This document shows, piece after piece, positions 1 through 10,580 of a DNA stretch of 64,000 nt. Position 1 is the stretch's first letter. Each line of letters opens with the position of its first letter. Under the pieces are notes generated by a model, which saw only the letters and a list, made by a program, of their open reading frames with translations, made no database searches and had not been told where the DNA came from. Position numbers and translations under genes: made by a program. Source of the stretch: Antedon mediterranea (lineage: Eukaryota > Animalia > Echinodermata); the NCBI RefSeq assembly GCF_964355755.1, contig NC_092678.1:1318422-1382421 (forward strand), given 5' to 3'.

Positions 1-186
1 AATGTTTATGAGTGTAATAGTACAAATAATGAATGTTTATGAGTGTAATAGTACAAATAATGAATGTTTATGAGTGTAATGGTACAAATAATGAATGTTT
101 ATGAGTGTAATGGTACAAATAATGAATGTTTATGAGTGTAATGGTACAAATAATGAATGTTTATGAGTGTAATAGTACAAATAATG
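1..186. repeat. 31-bp tandem repeat (~6 copies, runs off the window start)
   Basis: Unit aatgtttatgagtgtaat(a/g)gtacaaataatg repeated head-to-tail; a single-copy version with the same downstream flank occurs at ~18285-18420. Confidence 0.9.
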
Positions 187-645
187 AATATTCGTCCAAT
201 CAAATGACAGGAATTTATTTAGGGTTATATAATATAAAATATTAAATACTTAGTACTTCAAAATCACCTTGAAAGGAAGCGTTGTTTAGTAGTTGTGTAG
301 TTGTGTGTAGTTGTTGTGGTGCCATTTTTAGTTCAAACTAAATATATTTTTATATTACTAAATATATTTTAAACAAAATACTAAAACTATAATAAATATA
401 GTTCTTAGATATACAGTAGTGATCAGTAACATTGTAATAATGTTGGTTTATTTTTATTTATATATCACTGATTTCGTAATTATATAATTGCATTCGTAAG
501 CATTATTAATGTCGGCATCCCATTGATGTTGTGGTGATTATTAAATGCAGTTTCATTTAAACATACAGTAATTATTACATAAACTACTGCACTACGTTTG
601 CTCAATCAATTCCAACAAAATAACATTATTTTAAATATTGAATAT

Positions 646-1038
646 GATGACATTGTTTGACATTGATGACATTGTTTGACATTGATGACCTTGTTTGACA
701 TTGATGACATTGTATGACATTGTTTGACATTGATGACATTGTTTGACATTGATGACATTGTTTGACATTGATGACATTGTATGACATTGTTTGACATTGA
801 TGACATTGATGACATTGTTTGACATTGATGACATTGTTGACATTGATGACATTGTTTGACATTGATGACATTGTTTGACATTGTTTGACATTGTTTGACA
901 TTGATGACATTGTTTGACATTGATGACATTGTTTGACATTGTTTGATATTGATGACATTGTTTGACATTGATGACATTGTTTGACATTGTTTGACATTGT
1001 TTGACATTGATGATATTGTTTGACATTGATGACATTGT
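646..1038. repeat. Minisatellite of interleaved 9/10-bp units (gacattgat / gacattgttt)
   Basis: Visible directly; it accounts for the three stop-free ORFs at 606-1096. Confidence 0.95.
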
Positions 1039-1599
1039 TTATTAGAATCACAAGTGTCTTTGTGCTTTTTGTTTTTACCATGAACATTTTACACATTTTT
1101 TCAGATTTTGCCTTTTTTAAGTTATTCTAAATTAAATGAAAAAAAAAAACCATTTCAAAACAGTAATAATTAACATACATTGGGTTTAAAATTGCAATTG
1201 TATGTTTACATCCAAATACAAATGTTTCCGTATCCCTATACTTTCATTATCAGCTTAGAATACAACAGACAGTGATATAACTTGGCTCATGGTGCTTTAC
1301 TGTAGACCTACGTCGTCGCAGTTGGTTACAATTCAGGTCGTTAATGCTTAGATATAATTTAATTTTAGTGTTATTTTTATGTATACATTTGTAAAATTGT
1401 GTCATTTCTATCATATTCTATTTGATATATATCATGACCAGGTTTATATAGTATTGCCTAAAAAATCAACCTTCGGACAGATTTATTGTTAAACCTATGT
1501 AGTACTCCCGGCACTTCAACGAATCTTGAACGAAATATATTGGGACATATATGTTGAAAGATAATCAATAATTGAATTAAAGGGTTTATAAACACTTCG

Positions 1600-2185
1600 T
1601 AGTATACCATGTCTTCATTGCCCTTTATGTTCTCATTCTGTACGAATTTCTTCATAGTAATTTTCTCTTTTTTTCATAAACTTCGTAATGTACTATTTCC
1701 TTGTAGGCTTCGTCATAGCCAAGTTTCGATCTGTATCCAATTCTCTGCTACAGCATCATCTACATCGTTCTCTTCTTTGACTTCAAAAAAAGTAAAATAG
1801 TTCATGCAATTTCTCATGTCTTCATTGCCTTCATGTTCTCTTTCTTCACGGATTTGTTCATAGACATCTTCTCTTTCGTCATAAATGTCGTCATAATGTA
1901 CTCTTTCATTGTAGACTTCATTATAACCAAGTTCTTCGTTCTGTATCCCATTCTCTGTTACAGCATTATCTGCATCTTTCTCTTCTTTGACTTCAAATGA
2001 AGTAAAATAGTTCATGCAATTTCTCATGTCTTCATTGCCTTCATGTTCTCTTTCTTCACGGATTTTTTCATAGTCATCTTCTCTTTCGTCATAAACGTCG
2101 TCAGAATGTACTCTTTCATTGTAGACTTCATTATAGGAAAGTTCTTCGTTCTGTATCCCATTCTCTGTTACAGCATTATCTGCAT
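1600..2185 (-). repeat. 210-bp (70-aa) repeat of the cytoplasmic Tyr cassette: two intact copies and a frameshifted third
   Basis: ttctctg(t/c)tacagcat at 1741, 1951 and 2161; the third copy shifts frame at GAA ACT TGG CTA TGA and its remnant (GNEDM) appears in ORF 1458..1655. Confidence 0.85.
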
Positions 2186-5075
2186 TTTCTGTGCTCCTAT
2201 TGTCAGTTATTTCAGCAGTGACATCTACCATCTTGAGACCGCTACTGGCTGGCGCTTGTATGGCATTTTTTCTCTTATACATCAAAAAGATTATTATGAA
2301 AATTAAAAGAAGAATGACTGCACCAAAAGACAATCCAATAATCAAAGACTTATTATAATTAGTAAAAATAAGTATAGTAATAGTAAAATCATCTGATGCA
2401 AAAGCTGTCGGATGAATTGTTGGTATATTTAATGCAGTTTTTCTGCTGCCTGTTGTAAATACCATGTCAAGTGGTGGCTCTGATGACTTATCAGAACTAA
2501 TATCATCTGATGCGAAAGATGTCGGATGAATTGTTGGTATATTTAATGCAGTTTTACTGGTGCCTGTTGTAAATACCGTGTCAAGTTGTGACTCTGATGA
2601 CTTATCAGAAGTAATATCATCTGATGCGAAAGCTGTCGGATGAATTGTTGGTATATTTAATGCAGTTTTTCTGCTGCCTGTTGTAAATACCATGTCAAGT
2701 TGTGACTCTGATGACTTATCAGAAGAAGTATCATCTGATGCAAAAGATGTCGGATGAATTGTTGGTATATTTAATGCAGTTTTTCTGCTGCCTGTTGTAA
2801 ATACCGTGTCAAGTTGTGACTCTGATGACTTATCAGAAGTAATATCATCTGATGCGAAAGCTGTTGGATGAATTGTTGGTATATTTAATGCAGTTTTTCT
2901 GCTGCCTGTTGTAAATACCATGTCAAGTTGTGACTCTGATGACTTATCAGAAGTAATATCATCTGATGCGAAAGATGTCGGATGAATTGTTGGTGTATTT
3001 AATGCAGTTTTTCTACTGCCTGTTGTAAATACCGTGTCAAGTTGTGACTCTGATGACTTATCAGAAGTAATATCATCTGATGCGAAAGCTGTCGGATGAA
3101 TTGTTGGTATATTTAATGCAGTTTTTCTGCTGCCTGTTGTAAATACCATGTCAAGTTGTGACTCTGATGACTTATCAGAAGAAGTATCATCTGATGCAAA
3201 AGATGTCGGATGAATTGTTGGTATATTTAATGCAGTTTTTCTGCTGCCTGTTGTAAATACCGTGTCAAGTTGTGACTCTGATGACTTATCAGAAGTAATA
3301 TCATCTGATGCGAAAGCTGTTGGATGAATTGTTGGTATATTTAATGCAGTTTTTCTGCTGCCTGTTGTAAATACCATGTCAAGTTGTGACTCTGATGACT
3401 TATCAGAAGTAATATCATCTGATGCGAAAGATGTCGGATGAATTGTTGGTGTATTTAATGCAGTTTTTTTACTGCCTGTTGTAAATACCGTGTCAAGTTG
3501 TGACTCTGATGACTTATCAGAAGTAATATCATCTGATGCGAAAGATGTCGGATGAATTGTTGGTATATTTAATGCAGTTTTACTGCTGCTTGTTGTAAAT
3601 ACCGTGTCAAGTTGTGACTCTGATGACTTATCAGAAGTAATATCATCTGATGCGAAAGCTGTCGGATGAATTGTTGGTATATTTAATGCAGTTTTACTGC
3701 TGCTTGTTGTAAATACCGTGTCAAGTTGTGGCTCTGATGACTTATCAGAAGTAATATCATCTGATGCGAAAGCTGTCTGATGAATGTTTGGTATATTTAA
3801 TGCAGTTTTACTGCTGCTTGTTGTAAATACCGTGTCAAGTTGTGACTCTGATGACTTATCAGAAGTAATATCATCTGATGCGAAAGCTGTCGGATGAACT
3901 GTTGGTATATTTAATGCACTTTTTCTGCTGCCTGTTGTAAATACCTTGTCAAGTTGTGGCTTTGATGACTTATCAGAAGTAATATCATCTGATGCAAAAG
4001 ATGTCGGATGAATTGTTGGTATATTTAATGCAGTTTTTCTGCTGCCTGTTGTAAATACCGTGTCAAGTTGTGACTCTGATGACTTATCAGAAGTAATATC
4101 ATCTGATGCAAAAGATGTCGGATGAATTGTTGGTATATTTAATGCAGTTTTTCTGCTGCCTGTTCTAAATACCGTGTCAATTTGTAGTGTCGATTCTAGA
4201 CTAGTGTATTTATCGACTGAAGTTAATGACTCTGTCATTGTAGTCGTAACAGGAAATTCCCTAGTAGTAGAACTGTCTGTATGTTGTGGGCCTACTGTAG
4301 TTCCCATAGTCACCAGTAAGGCAGTTTCATGCCTTGTTGTCTGACGGAAAATTGGGTTTTGTGTTGTCTGTGATGTTTCATTTACTTTACATGTTGCAAT
4401 TACATCGTTATTCCAAACAAGCCTGCATTGGTATTCTACTGCGGATTCTGATTGTTGAAGAACATAATTCAATGAGTATAGTTTATATCTGTCGGGATAA
4501 TTGTAAAATATTGTTCTAGTTATCACATTGACTTGATTGTTCCACCATTGAATGTACGTTACGCCGGTGCCTTGTTGAGATGTACAAGTAATAAATTGCT
4601 GACGCGGATCACTAGTATTGTGACTACAGATCGGATATTGTGCTGGCGGTGGGTAGTAGATCCTCAGATCAATAAATCCATTTATATCGGTACTGGTTTC
4701 TTTTACTTTACATTCATAAACCCTGGAACTAAGAAATATTGCAAGTCCTTTTCCTACGGTTATTGTCAGTTCTGCTTCAGTGGAATTGTTAATTGAATAT
4801 GCCTGTGCTTCTTGACCTAAGTCAGACGTTAATAGTTCTCCATTTTGGTACAATATTCTGTTCCTTCCATCATCGTCACGTCTGTACCAGATTATGTAAT
4901 GTTCATCTATAAGAGTTTCGTTAGTGCATTTGAGGTCAAATATATCACCGACTGTGCCATCTCCTAACTCATTTGAATCTCCTATCAAAAGTTGTCTAGA
5001 TCCAGCTTTAGTTGGTTGCAATCCATTCATCATGAATGAAACAATGCACAAAATATGAAGTTGATTCCCTGTCAT
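1713..5075 (-). CDS. Intronless type I membrane receptor: two Ig-like domains, Ser/Thr-rich mucin-like repeat stalk, TM helix, Tyr-motif cytoplasmic tail (1120 aa)
   Basis: Hydrophobic N-terminus; Ig-type Cys/Trp spacing (DLKC..IIWYR..YECKV; ITCTS..IQWW..YQCRL); 15+ copies of a 38-aa S/T/P/D repeat; TM LIIGLSFGAVILLLIFIIIFLM followed by YKRK; acidic tail with LSYNEV, LGYNEV, YEKI, YEQI. Confidence 0.85.
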   Translation of the reverse strand: MTGNQLHILCIVSFMMNGLQPTKAGSRQLLIGDSNELGDGTVGDIFDLKCTNETLIDEHYIIWYRRDDDGRNRILYQNGELLTSDLGQEAQAYSINNSTEAELTITVGKGLAIFLSSRVYECKVKETSTDINGFIDLRIYYPPPAQYPICSHNTSDPRQQFITCTSQQGTGVTYIQWWNNQVNVITRTIFYNYPDRYKLYSLNYVLQQSESAVEYQCRLVWNNDVIATCKVNETSQTTQNPIFRQTTRHETALLVTMGTTVGPQHTDSSTTREFPVTTTMTESLTSVDKYTSLESTLQIDTVFRTGSRKTALNIPTIHPTSFASDDITSDKSSESQLDTVFTTGSRKTALNIPTIHPTSFASDDITSDKSSKPQLDKVFTTGSRKSALNIPTVHPTAFASDDITSDKSSESQLDTVFTTSSSKTALNIPNIHQTAFASDDITSDKSSEPQLDTVFTTSSSKTALNIPTIHPTAFASDDITSDKSSESQLDTVFTTSSSKTALNIPTIHPTSFASDDITSDKSSESQLDTVFTTGSKKTALNTPTIHPTSFASDDITSDKSSESQLDMVFTTGSRKTALNIPTIHPTAFASDDITSDKSSESQLDTVFTTGSRKTALNIPTIHPTSFASDDTSSDKSSESQLDMVFTTGSRKTALNIPTIHPTAFASDDITSDKSSESQLDTVFTTGSRKTALNTPTIHPTSFASDDITSDKSSESQLDMVFTTGSRKTALNIPTIHPTAFASDDITSDKSSESQLDTVFTTGSRKTALNIPTIHPTSFASDDTSSDKSSESQLDMVFTTGSRKTALNIPTIHPTAFASDDITSDKSSESQLDTVFTTGTSKTALNIPTIHPTSFASDDISSDKSSEPPLDMVFTTGSRKTALNIPTIHPTAFASDDFTITILIFTNYNKSLIIGLSFGAVILLLIFIIIFLMYKRKNAIQAPASSGLKMVDVTAEITDNRSTENADNAVTENGIQNEELSYNEVYNERVHSDDVYDEREDDYEKIREEREHEGNEDMRNCMNYFTSFEVKEEKDADNAVTENGIQNEELGYNEVYNERVHYDDIYDEREDVYEQIREEREHEGNEDMRNCMNYFTFFEVKEENDVDDAVAENWIQIETWL
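2389..4180 (-). repeat. Coding VNTR, 114-bp unit, 15 full copies plus one partial
   Basis: Unit encodes D(T/M)VFTTGSRKTALNIPTIHPT(S/A)FASDDITSDKSSESQL; period measured from tcaagt at 2581 and 2695. Confidence 0.95.
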
Positions 5076-5363
5076 GACTGCAATGTAATCACGTGTGGTA
5101 CTGTGATCGTCTGTCGCTCAAATATAAAGCTTTTGAATAATATTATATTACAAATTTCCTTCCAAAAATGAAACCATTTAAAACAGTATTTACGGAAATT
5201 GGTTTGCCTTTGCGCTAGTCCAAGCATAATGTGTGTTAACAATGTAGTGCATTCCTCCTTTGATTAATATTGAAAATCTCCGTGCATACATAGCTTAAAA
5301 AAACCCGAATCATTTATTCAGGCGTATTGCCTCATTTTATCAACTTTTGGCCTCTGGCCCCTA

Positions 5364-5465
5364 GTTTTTAGTCGCGTCGCGACTCTACGGCTCACTATGT
5401 CGGTCGGTTGGCTGATCGGTCGGTCGGTTGGTCAGTAAACACTAACTCAAATTTATGGCCTTGTT
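5364..5465 (+). mobile_element. Short DINE-1/HINE-like (Helentron-associated) element
   Basis: tttttagtcgcgt..gcgactcta..ctcactatgtcggtcgg, (GGTC)n microsatellite, ending ggccttgtt; relatives at 17415-17516 and 53077-53190. Confidence 0.6.
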
Positions 5466-5907
5466 GATAAACTTTGTATTTTACTTTATTCTGTAAAATT
5501 AAGCAATTATGACAAATTGATTAATTTCTTCAATGAAATCAGATCAGAATGTTACATATTATACAATGCAACAATTAGGAAAAATACAATTTTTAGAATG
5601 TTAAACACAATCTTTAAAATGTAAATATAAAAAATATAGAATAAATATGAGCAGTCCCAGAGGAAACAATATGTTAGGTGTATGGTTATAATACATCCTT
5701 ATTAAAGAAACAATATTTATATTTCTTTCTTCTGAGAAATTATTTTCATCATAACTTCCTTTACAACCTTCCTTCCTGGAATGAAGACATTTTATAGATA
5801 GTAAATCAATTCATATAAATAATTATTCCTAATAATATTTTGATGGGCACATCACATTTTGTTTTCGCATAAAGTTTGATAGTGTAGACAGGGCTTTACA
5901 CCGATGT

Positions 5908-7107
5908 TTACATGTGCATATATTCGGCGGTAGCTCTTTCATTAGACACGTGTTTATTGTTCGCATTTTCTTTGGTTTCAAAAAGAATTAAATCAGCTAT
6001 CATGTGATCACTACTGTTTGGCAGTTGGTTGAGAATGTTGATCTTGCACATCAAACAGATTATTATGAGAATCAACAGAAGAACAACTGCACCAAGACCA
6101 AGAGACAATCCAATAGTCAAAGACTTGCCGGAAGTAATATTGTCTGCTGGTAAAGCTGTTGGATGATTTGGTGTCACTTTTCTTCCTCTCTTTGTCAAAA
6201 CCGTGTCATGCTTAGATGTTTGCAACGTGTTGATTCTAGAGTACCTGGTATAGAGTAGAGAGTACTGGTTGTCAGAATCGTATTAGGAAAACTGGTAACA
6301 CGTTCTGTATTTTGTAGGCCTATACGAAAACTGGTAACACGTTCTGTATTTTGTAGGCCTATAATTTCCGTAGTCAATGGTAAAGAAGTTTGATTGTTTG
6401 TTGTCTGACTGGAAATTGGTTGTAGGTCATTTAGGTCATTTAGTTTACAAGTTGCAATTACAGTGTTATTCCAAATAAGCTTGCATTCGTATGCCGCTGA
6501 ATCTGTTTGCTGAAGAACATAGTTTAATGAGAATGTTTTTCTGATGTAATAAGGGTACCATATTTTTCTACTAACAACCTGAACTTCATCTTTCCACCAT
6601 TGAATGTATGTGACTGTACCGCCTGGCTGAGCTGTACAAGTAATGAATTGGCCATGGGAATCACTAGTATTTCGACTACAAATTGGATATGGCGCAAATC
6701 AAATTTATGAAACCATTTATCTCAATTAACCTGAATCCAGTTCTGGTTTCTATTACGTCACATTTATGCAACCTATCATTAAAAAACATGTCAAGCCCTT
6801 TTTTGACTGATATTGTCAGTTCTGCTTCGGTGGAATTATTAATTGAGTATTCCAGTGCCTCTTGGCCAAGGTCAGAGGTCAGCAGACCATTGCTGTACAA
6901 CATCGTAACAGTTCCATAGTCTGTACCAGATGATGTAATGCTTCTCTATAAAAGTATACATTTGAGGTCAAATATATCGCCGACAGTGGCATGTACATGC
7001 TGATATGAATCTCCCATCAACAATGGTCTAGATCCAGCTTCAGTTGGTTGCAATTCATTCATAAATGAAACAATGCACAAAATATGAAGTATATCTCCCA
7101 CCTCCAT
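5908..7107 (-). pseudogene. Frameshifted tandem paralog of the Ig/mucin/TM receptor
   Basis: ORF pieces 6946..7146, 6676..6903, 6195..6377 and 5908..6225 align colinearly with the 1120-aa protein (LHILCIVSFM, VGDIFDLKC, LLTSDLGQEA..YSINNSTEAELTI, KSLTIGLSLG); about four frame-breaking deletions, the first giving TAG at 6946-6948. Confidence 0.85.
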
Positions 7108-7729
7108 TACTGCAGTTCCGTTTAAATCATTAGTTGATAAGGACAATTTTTACTTAGGCCTACTGTAGTGATCTGATGTGAAATAGTAACAATTTCAATT
7201 ACAAACTGAATTCTCTGTACCATTTCCATGACAGTAAAAGTTATTATCGTTAATTATTCATTATTATTCCTATAATATTCGTGTTAATAAACATAGCAGT
7301 TGTGTATTAAGTAACTAAACAAGACTTTTCTGAAGTCGGTAATAGATGCAAATGAATAATTTGTACAGATACAACTATTATGTGTTATGTGAAACTATAC
7401 ACAAAAAGGAAGAGTTTATCTTGACTTCATCAGATTAGGATCAATTATGTATACTGCAGACAACAACTAGCAGACTAGCTAGGTATAGTCAATTTCCAGA
7501 ATAATAACGCCTTTTATCTCAATTTTTTAGTGGTGCTGGGTTATATTACTTTATTAAATTCATGTGGCCTATGATTCAGAGATACTTACGCCCAACATCC
7601 TTCTTCTAAAGTTACTTGTTGCTTTCTATATGTTGTGCCTGAATGTAAATCAGTTAGTCTGTATGTCGCACATTTATAAAAAATATAAAGAATGTTAAGT
7701 TATCGAATTAAACATTGTTGAGTGTGTAT

Positions 7730-8275
7730 TAAAAGAAGAAAATCACTAGCAGCTATGGCATATAACAAGCTGAAGTCATCGCTAGAACACAAAACGATGT
7801 CTATAGACGTGAAATCCCGTTTGTTTGACGCATACATAGCAAGTATTTTCTTATATAACAGTGAACTCTGGGTACTAAACAAAAAATTACAAGATAGTAT
7901 AGATATATATCACAGGAAAATGTTGCGAAAGATGATAGATATTAAATTAACAGATAGAGTGTGTAACACGAAAATATACGAGATAACAAAACAAGAAGAA
8001 TGGAGTACAGAATTAAACGAAGGAGACTAAAATGGTATGGACACATAATTAGATTACCGGATGATACCCCAATCAAACAAACAATGAAGGAAACTAACAG
8101 GAAAGTAAAACGACCCTTAGGAAGACCAAGAAATAACTGGATGAATCAAATAAAGAAAGACTTACAAGGACTAGTAGACACTAACACAATAACAAACCAT
8201 CCTGCCATAAACAGGAAAAAATGGAAACAAATTGTGGAAAGCGTAATGTCGGAAGACGGAAAACGTTAACAACAA
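7730..8275 (+). mobile_element. 5'-truncated non-LTR retrotransposon (RTE-like LINE 3' end)
   Basis: C-terminal motifs FLYNSELW, RRRLKWYGHIIRLP and RPLGRPRNNW with one frameshift; (aac)n tail; 11-bp TSD tgagtgtgtat at 7719-7729 and 8276-8286. Confidence 0.85.
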
Positions 8276-10452
8276 TGAGTGTGTATGAAAAGTAGACGGT
8301 AAGACGTTATTGAAACATCAATTATTGTGGTGAGGGAGAATTGCTGAGATTTTGGAAGAAGTTGCGAAAAAGTGCATTATTTATTTTGCATAGACGCACA
8401 TTACGAAAGACACTGATACGCCTGACAGGTTTTATCTCTATATATGTCTATTAGAACAATTGTGTTAAAACGTGAAAATAGCCAATACAAGGCAATAGAA
8501 AGCTAAACAGTATTCAATTAAGGTTTGAATAATGGATTTGCATTCAGATTTCCAATGATTTTATCCGCTGAGTGCCAAATTGCATCATAGCAATCATTTA
8601 CCAAATGGCAAGAAAACATGATTCAAGGATATATTGAGAATCTGTACGTGATAAGCATCAGTATAATAATGTTAAACGCCGAATAAATCAACAGAGTTTA
8701 CTGTTGTTTGGGATGATATACCTGTTCTTAGAATTCACCGTTGAAAAATACTTATTTATCGTTGTGGCTGGAATAGACCTAACAAGCATAGAGAAGGTAA
8801 TTAGCGAAATATGTATTTTGCTTTGTGTATATGTTGTTTATTAGCACGATAACAGTACACAATAATTGATTGTTAATTGATTATGTCGTAATATGTTATG
8901 GATCGGTCATGTTTATCGATTTTCAAAAAAATTGATAATCGATGACGTCACAAAGCTTAAAAATCACGCGAGATTGCAATGCTATAACATGTAGGCTATC
9001 GTGAAGTGACCATAAGCATCTAGATTTAAGTTCATCTAACAAATCTTTCAACATCTTGCCAATTTGTCTTATTTGTTTAGAAATGTAGGCCAAAATGACG
9101 GAAAGAAAAGCCCGTCTTATTTGAGCCATTAACGTAATTGCATTTTCTAATTAGAGCAATTTTTAGGTTTGTGTTGATTGGAAAATTCGATCAAATTTAA
9201 TTGAATCATTTCAATTAACAGAAAATGTGTATGGGTTCTCTTGGATTCTATGGAAACCTGACAGCTAATTCAATTAAGACATCCGCATGATTGGAACGTT
9301 TAGATATAATGATAAACTTGTTCTTTTTGATTAATTTTTTTACATGTCAGAACAACGTTTGGTGTTGGATGTGTTATTAAAGTAACTATAGATTAGACAA
9401 TTATGTTCACATCCCGAAGATAAACAGTACAATGTTTAAATTATTAATTCAAATAAGTAAACCCAACATGGAATGAGAACACAAAAAAATACAAAAAAGC
9501 TAACTTATTTTTGTTGTAGTAATGCATTACCCGATTCTCAATGCTGTGTCTCCACATAACGAAAGTATTTGCCCAGTTATCATTGGAATATTCGGTAATA
9601 AGCCCTTGATGTGATGCTTGTATCATAGAGACAGTACCAAGAATCGTGTACAATGTTCTATTAGGGAGTTTAAAAAAAAAAGAAGACAGATGCTGTCATA
9701 CTGATTCATATTTGTATAATGCTGAATTTGGTCTATCAACATGGCATAAGCGTAGAATAGCATAGGTGACATTACATAAATCCCCTTTATGACGTCATCA
9801 AAACCAACAATTAAGATACCATTTTAATGAAAGAGTATTGTCTATACATATTGACAATCACAGCAGGTGATCTATCTTGTGCGGATCAACTAATAATTGC
9901 ACAAAATATGATAGCCTAATATACAGTAGTCACAAATGTTGCGCGTGCAAAATAAATCACTGGCTATACTTCTGCCAAGCAAGAAATATATATTTTTATA
10001 CCCGAAGGCTGTCGGGTTTAGTCGAAAGAGAGAATTGGTTTTTACCTATTATTAGTACAATCCTATAAACCTACATCCTTTGGTTGTAAATTAAATTCTA
10101 TAATTATTTCCTGTGGGGCTGGTGCGTGACATCAATTTGTCGATTACTACACTGTGCTTAATTAATCTTCTGTGTGTCTAATTTATCTTAAGTTCTAATT
10201 GTCTCTGATGCATTGATTTTCGTGATGTGCAGTGGGACTAACCGGAAAACAGACAAAAGAGTAAACTCCGCTGACACTATAGGGACTCAATTGAAAGTAA
10301 TTCACGTAATTAAATATATGTATGGTTGTTCCGTTTGTTGGAACGAAACACGCCGCCGTCTTGTTAATTAATGGAAAAGTCGTTTAGGTCCACAGTATAA
10401 AGAATTGAACGCCATCTTCTGTTCCATCAAACTGAACAATATAGCTGCTTAA

Positions 10453-10580
10453 AGCTCTTTCTACGCTCTCAAACTTTAGACAAAAATTGATGTGCACCAC
10501 CATATTTAAGCATGTCACTACCATATTTGGGCACATCACACTTTGTTTTGTCAAAGTAGTTTGATAGTATAGACAGAGCT
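10453..10580. mobile_element. MITE family A (PIF/Harbinger-like)
   Basis: TIR agctctgtctacactatcaaac-like at both ends, TWA flanks, internal catatttgggcac motif. Confidence 0.75.

Noticed and set aside
606-1096. Three overlapping 133-156 aa ORFs (NNVINVKQCHQCQTMSSM)
   Set aside because: All three frames are open only because the 9/10-bp minisatellite lacks stops on that strand; no sign of a real gene.
1800-2140. Canonical ITAM in the receptor tail
   Set aside because: No YxxL/I-x6-8-YxxL/I spacing; only ITIM-like and isolated YxxI motifs are supported.
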